A DNA stretch of 64,000 nt. Origin: Spirochaetota bacterium. GTDB taxonomy: Bacteria; Spirochaetota; UBA4802; UBA5550. The notes beneath the pieces were generated by a model that made no database searches, had not been told where the DNA came from, and saw nothing but the letters and a program-made list of their open reading frames with translations. Shown piece by piece: positions 20,470 to 30,915 of this stretch. Location: positions 896,001-960,000 of the forward strand of contig CAXXHB010000003.1 in assembly GCA_963664815.2 (NCBI GenBank), read 5' to 3'. Position numbers and translations under genes: made by a program. Every line of letters starts with the position of its first letter. The stretch's first letter is position 1.

Positions 20470-21399
20470 ATGGCAAGAATATTTGATGACATAACAAAAA
20501 CAATTGGGAATACACCGCTTGTAAGGATTAATAAACTGAATACGGCTAAAGATGTGACAATTCTTGCGAAATTGGAGTCGTTTAATCCATTATCGAGTGT
20601 TAAAGACAGGCTTGGTGCAGCCCTTATAGAAGCTGCCGAAAAGAACGGACTTATTAAAGAGGGAACAACCATTATAGAACCTACCAGTGGTAATACCGGT
20701 ATCGCGCTTGCATTTGTCAGCGCCGCAAAAGGGTACAGGCTTATACTTACAATGCCTGAAACAATGAGCATCGAAAGGAGGCAGCTTCTTAAAATATTTG
20801 GTGCTGAACTTGTTCTTACTGACGGGAAACTGGGGATGAAAGGCGCTATAGCTAAAGCTGTAGAGCTTCAAAAGGAGATTCCGAACTCATTTATACCGCA
20901 ACAGTTTGACAACCCTGCAAATCCGGAAATTCACAGAAAAACAACAGCAGAGGAGATCTGGAATGATACAGATGGAGCGGTTGATATTGTAATAGGTGGA
21001 GTTGGTACCGGTGGTACAATTACAGGGGTTGGAGAGGTTCTTAAGAAAAGAAAATCTTCAGTAAAAATAATAGCTGTAGAACCGGTAGATTCACCTGTCC
21101 TTTCCGGAGGAACACCCGGCCCGCATAAAATCCAGGGTATTGGAGCGGGTTTTATCCCTCAGGTTTATAATAAGGATATTGTCGATGAAATAATACAGGT
21201 AGCACATACTGATGCAGGCGACACCTCAAGAAGACTTGCAAAAGAGGAGGGTGTTCTTGTGGGAATTTCAAGTGGTGCAGCGCTTTTTGCGGCTTTATCT
21301 GTTGCCAAAAGAAAAGAATCATCCGGAAAAACAATTGTTGTGGTACTTCCTGATACTGGAGAAAGATATCTTTCGACATGGCTCTTTGATTTACAATAA
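20470..21399 (+). CDS. cysK: Cysteine synthase A
   Basis: [45 protein letters not shown] and [10 protein letters not shown] motifs. Confidence 0.96.
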   Translation: MARIFDDITKTIGNTPLVRINKLNTAKDVTILAKLESFNPLSSVKDRLGAALIEAAEKNGLIKEGTTIIEPTSGNTGIALAFVSAAKGYRLILTMPETMSIERRQLLKIFGAELVLTDGKLGMKGAIAKAVELQKEIPNSFIPQQFDNPANPEIHRKTTAEEIWNDTDGAVDIVIGGVGTGGTITGVGEVLKKRKSSVKIIAVEPVDSPVLSGGTPGPHKIQGIGAGFIPQVYNKDIVDEIIQVAHTDAGDTSRRLAKEEGVLVGISSGAALFAALSVAKRKESSGKTIVVVLPDTGERYLSTWLFDLQ

Positions 21400-21588
21400 T
21401 CTGATCAGGATATAAAAAAATCTTATGATAAACAAATGCTAGAAGGCGGTCACGCCGGCCGTCTTGATGGCTCCCGCTTAGATCCTGTTATAAAGTGTAA
21501 AATGTTGTAACATTTTATAAAGAGTTATTGACGAATACACTACCATTTTAATTATAAAGATAGTAATTTAAATTTAAGGAGTTGTATA

Positions 21589-22038
21589 ATGCGCCTTTCA
21601 ACACGTTCAAGATACGGAGTTCGATTAATGCTTGCTCTTGCTGCAAATAAACAGAAAAAACCGGTTTTTCTGAAAGATATAGCAAATTCTGAAGAGATAT
21701 CAGAAAAGTATTTAAGTCAGATTATAATTCCATTAAAGGGAAAAGGTCTTGTAACTACATTCAGGGGCGCTCATGGGGGTTATCTTTTAAGCAGGCCGGC
21801 ATCTGAAATTTCTTTAAGAGAAATTATCGAACCGTTAGAAGGTGATCTAAGTTTAGTAGATTGCGTTAATAATCCGGGAGTTTGCGACAGGGCAAATGCA
21901 TGTGCTTCAAGGGAAGTCTGGGATGAGTTAAGTTCTCTATTGCTGAATTTTCTCGATACATTTACGCTTGAGGATCTTATTAAGAAATCGAGTAAAATCA
22001 CTAATCACAACAGTTTTAAAACAGATTATTCAATTTAA
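21589..22038 (+). CDS. Rrf2 family transcriptional regulator (CymR/IscR-like, 3 Cys)
   Basis: MRLSTRSRYG, ISEKYLSQI, RGAHGGYLL and DCV...C...C motifs. Confidence 0.93.
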   Translation: MRLSTRSRYGVRLMLALAANKQKKPVFLKDIANSEEISEKYLSQIIIPLKGKGLVTTFRGAHGGYLLSRPASEISLREIIEPLEGDLSLVDCVNNPGVCDRANACASREVWDELSSLLLNFLDTFTLEDLIKKSSKITNHNSFKTDYSI

Positions 22039-22042
22039 TAAA

Positions 22043-22483
22043 ATGGATATTCAGAAATGAACATAACAGCGTCGGCGTAAAAAAGCCCTCTCATGGAGTG
22101 TGGATTTTCAAAAGAGGAGATAAGAAATATTTCAAAAGATATGCCCCCCTTCATGGGACAGACCATCAAATCCATGTTTGGCCAGCGGAATCCCATATTG
22201 AAACCGTATTATCATGGAAAAGCTTAAGATGATTGCTGAAGCAGAAAACTTTATGCGAGAATTAGGATTCAATGTAGTAAGAGTGAGACATCATGATCTG
22301 ATGGCAAAAATTGAAGTGCCAGTCGCGGATATAAAAAAATTATTCTCGGATGATTTAAATGATAAAGTAAGTAACAGGTTGAAAGAGCTTGGATTTAAAT
22401 GGGTTTCTATAGATATCCAGGGGTACAAGCAGGGTAATCTGAACAAGGCACTTGATATTAAAAAAATTAAAACGGATAGTTAG
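22043..22483 (+). pseudogene. larE: Degraded LarE-like (TIGR00268 PP-loop sulfurtransferase) remnant
   Basis: SPLMECGFSKEEIR, then a frameshift, WDRPSNPCLASGIPY*, then VRVRHH...IEVP...GFKWVSIDIQGYKQGNLN; N-terminal PP-loop missing. Confidence 0.8.
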
Positions 22484-22484
22484 A

Positions 22485-23564
22485 ATGAAAATAGCAGTAG
22501 GTATGAGCGGTGGTGTGGATTCTTCAACAGCCGCGCTTATTCTAAAGCAGCAGGGGCATGAGGTAATAGGAATTACAATGTCTATATGGGACGGGACATT
22601 TGCGTTTTCGCATTCCGGAAAGAATGCATGCTATGGCCCTGATGAAAAGGTTGATATTGCGGAAGCTGAAAAGGTTTGTGAGCAGATTGATATTCCTTTT
22701 CATGTTATTGACTGTTCTAAGGACTATAAACAAACAGTGATTGAATATTTCAGGAATGAGTACATCAACGCAAGAACTCCAAATCCATGTATAGTTTGTA
22801 ACCAAAAAATAAAATTCGGAAATCTACTTACAAAAGCAAAAGCTTCAGGTATAGATTTTGATAAATTTGCAACCGGGCATTATGCAAAAATAGTACATGA
22901 TGAAGAAACAGACCGTTTTCTGCTGAAAAAAGGGGCAGATAAGAATAAAGATCAGTCGTATTTTCTATATAAACTCTCTCAACAGCAGTTTGCAGGGACT
23001 ATTTTACCACTGGGGGGGATGACCAAGGATGAAGTCAGGAGTATTGCCAGATCAGCCGGTCTGACAGTATCTGATAAGGAAGAGAGCCAGGATTTTTACA
23101 GTGGAGATTACAGGAAACTTCTTAATGTCACAGACACTGAAGGTGAAATCGTTGATATGAACGGTCATGTAATAGGCAAGCACAAAGGTATATGGAATTA
23201 TACTCCCGGGCAAAGACGTGGACTTGGAATTGCAAACAGCGAACCGTTATATGTTGCAAGGATTGAGAGGGGCTCTAACAGAGTTATTGCTGGTACAAAA
23301 AATGATATCTTCAGATCTTCGTTTCAGGTTAATAATGTCAACTGGATTGCTCTTCATAAAGTATCTAAGATATTTTATGCTTCAGTAAAAACAAGGTCAA
23401 CCCAGTCCGGTGATGATGCGAAAATTGAACTTATAAATTCATTTAATGTAAAGGTGAATCTTGCAAATAATAGTACTTCTATTTCTCCGGGTCAATCAGC
23501 TGTTTTTTATGACGGTGATATTGTTATCGGTGGAGGAATAATCGAGCAGGATAACGGAAAATGA
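22485..23564 (+). CDS. mnmA: tRNA 2-thiouridine(34) synthase MnmA
   Basis: GMSGGVDSS, TPNPCIVCNQKIKF, ATGHYA, KDQSYFL, GQRRGLG and PGQSAVFY motifs. Confidence 0.95.
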   Translation: MKIAVGMSGGVDSSTAALILKQQGHEVIGITMSIWDGTFAFSHSGKNACYGPDEKVDIAEAEKVCEQIDIPFHVIDCSKDYKQTVIEYFRNEYINARTPNPCIVCNQKIKFGNLLTKAKASGIDFDKFATGHYAKIVHDEETDRFLLKKGADKNKDQSYFLYKLSQQQFAGTILPLGGMTKDEVRSIARSAGLTVSDKEESQDFYSGDYRKLLNVTDTEGEIVDMNGHVIGKHKGIWNYTPGQRRGLGIANSEPLYVARIERGSNRVIAGTKNDIFRSSFQVNNVNWIALHKVSKIFYASVKTRSTQSGDDAKIELINSFNVKVNLANNSTSISPGQSAVFYDGDIVIGGGIIEQDNGK

Positions 23565-23890
23565 TAAGCACTCAAAATGATAGATATTATAAGCAGATTC
23601 TTATCCCTCAGATTGGTGCGGATAGTCAGGGAAAACTTGGTAAATCGACGGTTGTAATTGCGGGATGTGGCGCGCTTGGAACATAATTTGCAAGCATAAT
23701 GGTTAGATCGGGAGTTGGCAATGTTGTTATTATAGATCGTGATTAAATTGATTACGATAACCTCCCGAGGCAAATACAATTTGATGAAGATGATATCAGA
23801 AAAGGGCTCCCAAAATCGGTTGCTGCAGCTGATAAATTCAGGCTGGTTAATTCAGCAGTAAAAATTATTCCGGTTGTTGAGGATTTACAT
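23561..23890 (+). pseudogene. ThiF/MoeB family adenylyltransferase pseudogene (two in-frame TAA stops, truncated)
   Basis: Manual translation: DRYYKQILIPQIG...VVIAGCGALGT*...SGVGNVVIIDRD*IDYDNLPRQIQFDEDD...PKSVAA; ATGA overlap with mnmA. Confidence 0.82.
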
Positions 23891-24134
23891 ATTCAACTCT
23901 TTCCGGATTCATGCGGTTTTGGAGCCTTTGAAAACAGATTTAATATCTTTTTAAAATTAAATTGCTGAATTATCTTTGAAATTCATTATTTGTAATAAGA
24001 GTTTATATCTGTTCAGTAAATACATTAAATCTTAAATATTAAACAAAAATAGCATTTTTTATTTTATTATTGAAATTTTAAATTTAAATAATTCTATTCT
24101 GTACAATTTAAAATTATTCAGGCGGAGTAAGACA

Positions 24135-26069
24135 TTGGAATACTGGAAAGAACATATAGAACATATGGCTCAGGGAATCAGGGTCAGGGTACTTGAGCAT
24201 ACAATTGAAAATAATGGCGGGTATCTGAGTCAGGCCTGCTCTTCGGCTGAGATTTTGGCGTGCCTTTATGGCAGAATACTCAAACTCGGTAATGTGGTTA
24301 TACCGAAACTTCCTGAAAAATTTAGCGGAGTTCCAGGACCGGAGAATAAAAACTACCGGAATGGATCATCATTTCATGGTGAGAAATCTTCATATTACGA
24401 CAGGTTTTTTTTATCTCCTTCTCAATATTCTCTCGTACTATATGCTGCTTTGATTGAAGCGGGGCGTATGGACAAAAATGGTTTGGCTGAATTTAATATA
24501 GACGGCAGTACAGTAGAAATGATAGGTGCGGAACATTCTCCGGGAATGGAGATAATGTCCGGTTCATTAGGCCAGGGTATTAGTCAGGCTTTCGGAATTG
24601 CAATGGCAAGAAAACTGAAAAATGAAACCGGCAGAGTGGTTATTTTCATGTCTGACGGCGAGTTCCAGATCGGTCAGACATGGGAAGCATTACAGGCAGC
24701 ATCATTTCATAAACTGAATAATGTAATCATTTTTGTTGATGTTAATGGGTTCCAATGTGACGGACGGATGGCAGATGTAATGAATATTGAACCGCTGGAT
24801 AAACGTCTTGAAGCGTTCGGCATCAGAACTTTTAGAATTAACGGTCACGATATAGATGCACTTGTCACTCACGGGATGATGGAGCCGGACAGCAGCAGGC
24901 CAACATGTATACTTTGCGATACTATCCCATATCGTGGAATTGAAGTATTGAAGAAACGGGAACCCAAATTTCACTATGTCAGATTTGCAGGAGCTGAAGA
25001 GAAAAGAGAACTTCTGGAATATTATAAAACTGTAGTAAAACCAACTGAAGAAAAAGAGAATGATTTAATTTTAAGCAGGGTGCATGCGAAGAATCTTGTA
25101 ACCTGGGCTAAGGATAAGCCGGAGGTCGTAGTCCTCTCGGCTGATCTGACTGGCTCGACGGAGATTGATAACTTCAGGGACATGTATCCCGACAGGTTTT
25201 TTTCAATGGGTATAGCTGAACAGAATATGCTTTCATTTGCAGGGGGACTTGCGAGAGAGGGATATATACCATTTATACATACTTTTGCTGTGTTTATATA
25301 CAGAAGGGCATTTGATCAGATAGCCATGTCTGTAGCTTATCCTAATTTGCCTGTGAAGATGTTCGGGTTTCTCCCCGGAATAATGACACCTGGGGGAGCA
25401 ACTCACCAGGCAATTGAAGACGTTTCTGTAATGCGCTCTCTTCCTAATATGACAATACTTGATTGTGGTGACGCAACAGATGTTGAATCAGTGCTTGATG
25501 CCGCATTGAGTGTAAATGGCCCTGTTTATATAAGAATGTTACGCGGTGAAATACCGCGATTATTTGATAAATCCCAGCCGATGATCATCGGAAAATCGAG
25601 AAGATTATCGTATGGAGATGATATCGTGCTGGTTACTTCCGGAATATGCACGGAGGAAGCGCTTCGTGCAATTGTGGCGCTCAGAAGATATAATATCGGA
25701 ATAAGTCATTTCCATTTAATAACGTTAAAACCATTTAATGATCAGGAAATCATTCAGGCCATTGAACAATCGAAGTATGGTGTAATAACTATGGAAAACC
25801 ATACAATCGTTGGTGGAATTGGTACTATTATTGCGGAGAAGATGGCAGAACTGGGAATAAATAAGAAACTGTTTCGTATAGGACTTAATGATACATTTGT
25901 TCATGGAGCGAGTAAGGACTATCTGATGAAAAAGTATGGTCTTGATGCGATGAAACTTGTACGAACAATTGAATCGATTATAAAACAGAGACCGCTGATA
26001 ACAGAGGATGATCTTGGTGCTATAAGAACCATGGCCGTTCATTCTATTGCAAAACCTGAGGCGCTTTAG
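24135..26069 (+). CDS. Single-chain transketolase-like ThDP enzyme (fused N- and C-terminal sections)
   Basis: GSLGQG, SDGE...WEA...VDVN ThDP motif, SADL, MGIAEQNM, RAFDQI, GATHQ and MENH motifs. Confidence 0.88.
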   Translation: MEYWKEHIEHMAQGIRVRVLEHTIENNGGYLSQACSSAEILACLYGRILKLGNVVIPKLPEKFSGVPGPENKNYRNGSSFHGEKSSYYDRFFLSPSQYSLVLYAALIEAGRMDKNGLAEFNIDGSTVEMIGAEHSPGMEIMSGSLGQGISQAFGIAMARKLKNETGRVVIFMSDGEFQIGQTWEALQAASFHKLNNVIIFVDVNGFQCDGRMADVMNIEPLDKRLEAFGIRTFRINGHDIDALVTHGMMEPDSSRPTCILCDTIPYRGIEVLKKREPKFHYVRFAGAEEKRELLEYYKTVVKPTEEKENDLILSRVHAKNLVTWAKDKPEVVVLSADLTGSTEIDNFRDMYPDRFFSMGIAEQNMLSFAGGLAREGYIPFIHTFAVFIYRRAFDQIAMSVAYPNLPVKMFGFLPGIMTPGGATHQAIEDVSVMRSLPNMTILDCGDATDVESVLDAALSVNGPVYIRMLRGEIPRLFDKSQPMIIGKSRRLSYGDDIVLVTSGICTEEALRAIVALRRYNIGISHFHLITLKPFNDQEIIQAIEQSKYGVITMENHTIVGGIGTIIAEKMAELGINKKLFRIGLNDTFVHGASKDYLMKKYGLDAMKLVRTIESIIKQRPLITEDDLGAIRTMAVHSIAKPEAL

Positions 26070-26079
26070 TAAAAAATAT

Positions 26080-27198
26080 ATGGAAAGAAGAATTTCTGGT
26101 GAAAGATTTATTGTCTCATATAATCTCTCCGGGCGTGAGACTGATGCACTTGCTGCCGCAAAAGATATATGCATAGAACAAACGGTGGAGTTTCCGGATG
26201 AACTTATAAATGATAAGTTTATCCGTGATAATATATTTGGCAGACTAGAATCTTTTAATCGAATTAAAGATGATCTTTTCAGCGCTGATATCAGTTTTGC
26301 TGTAGAAACTACAGCTTATGAATTTACACAGTTTTTGAATGTGATATTCGGTAATATCAGTCTTAAACCGGGGATTATCATAGAAAACATTATATTACCG
26401 GACAGTTTTTTAACAGATTTCAAAGGTCCTCGGTTTGGGATTTCCGGACTTCGTAATATACTTAATGTTTTTGACAGGCCATTTATTGCATCTGCAATAA
26501 AACCGATGGGTATGTCCTCTGTACAGTTTGCTGAGCTGACAGCTCTTTTCTCTAAGGGAGGAATTGATATAATCAAAGATGATCATGGACTTTCCAGTCA
26601 GCCATTTTCAACATTCAAAGAGAGAGTTAAGTTATGTTCAGATGTTCTTAATTCTACATGTGAGTGTAAGACTCTCTATTTCCCGAACATAACGGCCCCT
26701 TTTTCTGAGATCATTGATAGGGCATATTATGCAAAAGAACAGGGTGCTGGTGGAATACTGATAGCACCTGCAATAACAGGTTTTGACTGTATGAAATATC
26801 TGGCTGATGATGAGAATTTCGGTCTTCCGATAATGAGTCATCCAGCCTTCATTGGATCATACCTCTCCGGAACTTCAGGGTTTTCACATGGAGTACTGCT
26901 TGGAACTTTAATGAGGTTATCCGGAGCTGATATAGTCGTTTACCCGAATTTTGGAGGGAGATTTTCATTTTCGAAAGATGAATGCCTTGATATTTCTGTT
27001 AAATGCAGAAATGATATGAAACATATAAAAACTATATTGCCTTCACCAGGCGGAGGTATGAACTTTTCAAATATTCCGGAAATGACTTCATTCTACGGAA
27101 AAGATGTAATTTATCTTATGGGGGGAGGACTTTTTAAAAGAAGCCCTGACCTTGTGGAGAACTGCCGGGAACTCTCGCGTCTTGTCTACGGGGACTAA
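26080..27198 (+). CDS. RuBisCO-like protein, form IV (DeepYkr / R. rubrum methylthioribulose-1-P isomerase-like)
   Basis: IEQTVEFP, NVIFGNISL, GPRFG, AIKPMG, GGIDIIKDDHGL, HPAF, YPNFGGRF and PGGG motifs. Confidence 0.9.
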   Translation: MERRISGERFIVSYNLSGRETDALAAAKDICIEQTVEFPDELINDKFIRDNIFGRLESFNRIKDDLFSADISFAVETTAYEFTQFLNVIFGNISLKPGIIIENIILPDSFLTDFKGPRFGISGLRNILNVFDRPFIASAIKPMGMSSVQFAELTALFSKGGIDIIKDDHGLSSQPFSTFKERVKLCSDVLNSTCECKTLYFPNITAPFSEIIDRAYYAKEQGAGGILIAPAITGFDCMKYLADDENFGLPIMSHPAFIGSYLSGTSGFSHGVLLGTLMRLSGADIVVYPNFGGRFSFSKDECLDISVKCRNDMKHIKTILPSPGGGMNFSNIPEMTSFYGKDVIYLMGGGLFKRSPDLVENCRELSRLVYGD

Positions 27199-27596
27199 TT
27201 AACAAAATCTCAATTGGCAATTTCTATGTCTGCGGTTATTTTATAAAACTTTATAATGTTTATTTTTAAAAGTAAAAGGATTTTATTAAAGTTTCGTTTC
27301 GTTGCTTCATTTACAGATATTGAACTGATTTTCTACTTTTCCCGGGATTATGAGTACTGCCGAAATTATTAATATATGCGACATCTCAGTTTTTGTCGTA
27401 AAGGTAAGGCTCATCGCGTGAAAAATACTGAACAGAATTCTGACAGAAGGATGTTACTTCTACTACGATAAAAAACAGTAATATTAGTAGTATTTTTTAT
27501 ATTGTTTCAAAATTCTATGTTGCATCGATGATATTATATAAATAGACTATAATAGAAAATTATTTTTTATACACGAATATTTAAATACACTTTAAA

Positions 27597-27635
27597 TTTC
27601 AGTGCCTCATAAAAATAATTATTGAGTCACTGAAA
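27597..27635 (-). terminator. Hairpin downstream of the DUF6803-like gene
   Basis: tttcagtgcctca ... tgagtcactgaaa. Confidence 0.5.
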
Positions 27636-27662
27636 CTTTAAATATAATCAGTACAGGATTAA

Positions 27663-28154
27663 CTACATATTCATCCCGCCATGTCCTGCTCCGGAGAAGA
27701 CTGCAGGTGACAACATACCGAAGATCATTGCAATATGAGCAACTACCAGGAATATTGCAACGAAAATGGCGTGAAGTTTAAGTCTTTCCATGTCATCTTT
27801 GTTTTTGCAGATAATTTTAAGTTCAATCAATGTCATACCAAATAAAGGAACAACACCCAGCAGGTATGAACCAACAGCAATAACGTCAATGAATGTTCTC
27901 CATTGTCCTGTGGCAGTAATTGGTATTACTGCGTTTTTAAACAGGTATATAAAAACACCGACAAAATATATACCAACAAAGATTCCGGCAACTTTACTTA
28001 TCTTTTTGGCAATACTGTTAAAGTCTTTAGTGTAAAGAATATAAAGCTCTGTTATTGCAATTGTCTCAGCAAGAATCACCGGAATAGCCATAAAAAGCAG
28101 CAGATTCCAGGGTTGATTTGAAGCAAGTAATTCCATATAATGTGTCATTTGCAT
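27663..28154 (-). CDS. Conserved membrane protein (DUF6803-like)
   Basis: MTHYMELLASNQPWNLLLFMAIPVILAET...VAHIAMIFGML signature; 4 TM segments. Confidence 0.75.
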   Translation of the reverse strand: MQMTHYMELLASNQPWNLLLFMAIPVILAETIAITELYILYTKDFNSIAKKISKVAGIFVGIYFVGVFIYLFKNAVIPITATGQWRTFIDVIAVGSYLLGVVPLFGMTLIELKIICKNKDDMERLKLHAIFVAIFLVVAHIAMIFGMLSPAVFSGAGHGGMNM

Positions 28155-28332
28155 ATTGTTTCTCCAGTTATAATATTTTTAAGTATTAAGGATTTTTATA
28201 TAGTAAAATCACTTAATGATAAGTCCGTAATTGCTGATTGATCTCCATTATAAATCATAATGGTAATGTATCTGTTTCCACTCCCCTTTGCAAAAAAAAT
28301 AATTTTATCAGAATAAAACCTGTTACAAGGTT

Positions 28333-29007
28333 TCATTGAGAGTAAACCAGCTTTCCGTCTGAAAGTTTAATCAACCTGTCAGATGCACGGATGCACTCAG
28401 CACTGTGAGAAACCATAATGATTGTCATCCCGTCCGAATTAAGCTGCTTAAAAAGCGACATTATCTCACCGCTGGTTTTTGAATCGAGATTTCCTGTCGG
28501 TTCATCAGCAAGAAGAATCCTCGGATTGTTGACAACTGCCCGTGCTATAGCAACACGCTCCTTCTCTCCTCCTGAAAGTTCATCAGGGAGTCTTTTCCAC
28601 TTGTCGGACAGGCCTACGCTGCCGAGAGCTTCTGTTGCCATCTTATACTTATCCTTTTTACTGATATTTTTAACAGCAAGCGGGAGCATCACATTTTCGA
28701 CAGCTGTAAGGTATGGCATCAGATGGAAAGACTGAAATATAAAACCGAGATACTCACGTCTGAAATCAGATCTCTTTTCCTGCGAAAGGCTAAATACATT
28801 AATATCGTCAACAATATAATCTCCGCTGTCAGGCATAAGCATTGCTCCTGTTATTAAAAGGAGGGTGGATTTACCTGATCCCGACTCACCGGAAATCCCG
28901 ATGAAGTCCCCCCATGAGATATCTAATGTGAAATCGTTAAGAGCTCTTACTGTTGAATCACCAGTTATATAATTTTTTGAAATACTGTTTATTTTTATAT
29001 CACTCAT
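28333..29007 (-). CDS. ABC transporter ATP-binding protein (LolD/MacB-like)
   Basis: GESGSGKST, LSGGEKERVAIARA and LADEPTGNLD motifs. Confidence 0.95.
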   Translation of the reverse strand: MSDIKINSISKNYITGDSTVRALNDFTLDISWGDFIGISGESGSGKSTLLLITGAMLMPDSGDYIVDDINVFSLSQEKRSDFRREYLGFIFQSFHLMPYLTAVENVMLPLAVKNISKKDKYKMATEALGSVGLSDKWKRLPDELSGGEKERVAIARAVVNNPRILLADEPTGNLDSKTSGEIMSLFKQLNSDGMTIIMVSHSAECIRASDRLIKLSDGKLVYSQ

Positions 29008-29016
29008 AATAATCAC

Positions 29017-30174
29017 CTACAGACTTCTTAAGGCTTCAGCCGGGTCAAGGTTGGAGGCAGCTAATGCCGGATAGAATCCGGCCAGCAGACCGGCAGCAAG
29101 TGCCAGCATTACAGCCGCAACAACTCCTGATGGGGAAGAGTGGATCATTAAAGGTTCGGGACCGGCAGCAATAGATGCAAATATTCGTGCCGATATTGAT
29201 CCAATAATATATCCCGCAATACCCCCTGTAAGAGAGAGAATCCCGGTTTCAATCATAATTATTGAAACAACATGACTCTTTCTATAACCTATTGCACGGA
29301 GTATACCTATTTCACTCCGTCTTTCCCTGACATTGCTCATCATTGTCACAAAAACAACGAGAATGCCGATAGCAAGAATAATTGCAGACAAAGTAATGGA
29401 TAAACTCTTAATCTGGCTGAGAGTGTTGAGTCTTCCTGCCACAATCTGCTGCAGCGCCATAACATTAGCTTCAGGAATCTTTTCACTTATCTGTGCCACC
29501 ATTTCATTAATAGGGCAGGCGTTACATAATGCTGCGACCTCAACCATAGTAATCTTTCCTTTTTTACCGAGGATTGACTGGGCTGTTTCAAGTTTCATGA
29601 ATATCATACTGTCATCCTGAGAGCCGGTTTCTTCCAGAATACCGGATACTTTCATTTGACGTTTATTAATCATTACCGAATCTCCGGTTTTTAATCCGAG
29701 AATCTTAGCGGCTTTTTTCCCTGAAATTATTTCTGAGCCGTCAGGGGGAGTCCCGGTTATTCTCCACCACGGTTTCAGTATCTTCCCGCGTGAAAAATCC
29801 AGGCCGGCGGCAAGTACATCTTTTCTGTTTAAAGTAACAGACCCGATTAAAACCGGTCCTGCTGCTGCGATATTTGCGGCATTTTTTATATGACTTATAT
29901 TTCTGAGTGAATCAATTGTTATTTCATTTTTCCCGAAAGAAACACCCCCTGCATTAAACCCGCCATATGAAAGAGTAAGTTCCTCGTTTTTCGGTGTAAT
30001 GATTATATTGGCGCCATATTTCTCCATCTTGTGATTGATTTGATCGGTCATAGCTGTTGTATACTTCATAACGGCAACAACTGATCCTGTACCGGCAATG
30101 ATACCGATCATAACAAGAGCTGCGCGGGACTTTCTCCTGAGAATATTTTTAAATGCAATGTCGTGCAGCTTCAT
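29017..30174 (-). CDS. ABC transporter permease (FtsX/MacB family)
   Basis: KNILRRKSR, ERRSEIGILRAIG and ASNLDPAEALR; periplasmic ALCNACP motif. Confidence 0.92.
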   Translation of the reverse strand: MKLHDIAFKNILRRKSRAALVMIGIIAGTGSVVAVMKYTTAMTDQINHKMEKYGANIIITPKNEELTLSYGGFNAGGVSFGKNEITIDSLRNISHIKNAANIAAAGPVLIGSVTLNRKDVLAAGLDFSRGKILKPWWRITGTPPDGSEIISGKKAAKILGLKTGDSVMINKRQMKVSGILEETGSQDDSMIFMKLETAQSILGKKGKITMVEVAALCNACPINEMVAQISEKIPEANVMALQQIVAGRLNTLSQIKSLSITLSAIILAIGILVVFVTMMSNVRERRSEIGILRAIGYRKSHVVSIIMIETGILSLTGGIAGYIIGSISARIFASIAAGPEPLMIHSSPSGVVAAVMLALAAGLLAGFYPALAASNLDPAEALRSL

Positions 30175-30737
30175 TATTTAACTCCATTATCTGTTTTGAA
30201 GTATTTCTCACCCTTTGCTATATCCTTAAATTTTACTGCTGCTTCACTTCCTGAAATCTTAATAACAAGAGGAGATGGATTACATCCGCCTGTAACAACA
30301 TTGATCATTGCTGAGGAGAATCTTCTTCCACAGTTATTGCAGACCATGGAGTCGCCATCCTGAGTATAGCCTTTATGCGCCTCCCAGCATACATCGCATG
30401 CGTCGAATGCGGCACGGATTACTCCGTCGGAACTTTTCAGTATAAAATATTTAATTTCTGTATCATGGAGTTTGTAACTGAAGAACCGGGCTTTACCGTC
30501 ATTGAAATCAGATACATTGAAGTGAACTTCATCATATGCATTTGAATCATCAGGTTTCGCTGTACTTGTTATAGCTTTTACATCACTGCTTACTGTTTTA
30601 ATAACATGGGTTGTATAAACATAGTATCCGGATAAAGAGAGAATAATAAGTACCAGTGCTGACAGTATGTATGCTTTATGGTCTTTCTTTTTATTAAGAA
30701 TTAAATCACGTTTATTATTACTATTGTTCTGCTTCAT
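30174..30737 (-). CDS. DUF2318 (FtrD-like Fe-S) membrane-anchored protein
   Basis: AAFDACDVC, VCNNCG and GGCNPSPL motifs. Confidence 0.85.
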   Translation of the reverse strand: MKQNNSNNKRDLILNKKKDHKAYILSALVLIILSLSGYYVYTTHVIKTVSSDVKAITSTAKPDDSNAYDEVHFNVSDFNDGKARFFSYKLHDTEIKYFILKSSDGVIRAAFDACDVCWEAHKGYTQDGDSMVCNNCGRRFSSAMINVVTGGCNPSPLVIKISGSEAAVKFKDIAKGEKYFKTDNGVK

Positions 30738-30915
30738 AATATTTTCCTTTTTTTTAAATTTAGTAATGAATAATTAATAACTATTATTGGTATTCCGAAG
30801 CAATTTAAAGATCTGTATAATTATACATTTTTACTTTACTGCAGCAGAATATAAGAACACAATAAATTGCTCCGTTATTCCATGAAAACGGATAAAAAAG
30901 ATTTTAAGAGGAAGC

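Noticed and set aside
24135-26069. dxs (DXP synthase)
   Set aside because: Size is similar, but the DXS signatures (GGHL, DVGHQ, YSTFLQRAYDQ) are absent
26080-27198. Carbon-fixing RuBisCO / Calvin cycle with transketolase
   Set aside because: KDDH motif and short length indicate form IV; no phosphoribulokinase or small subunit nearby
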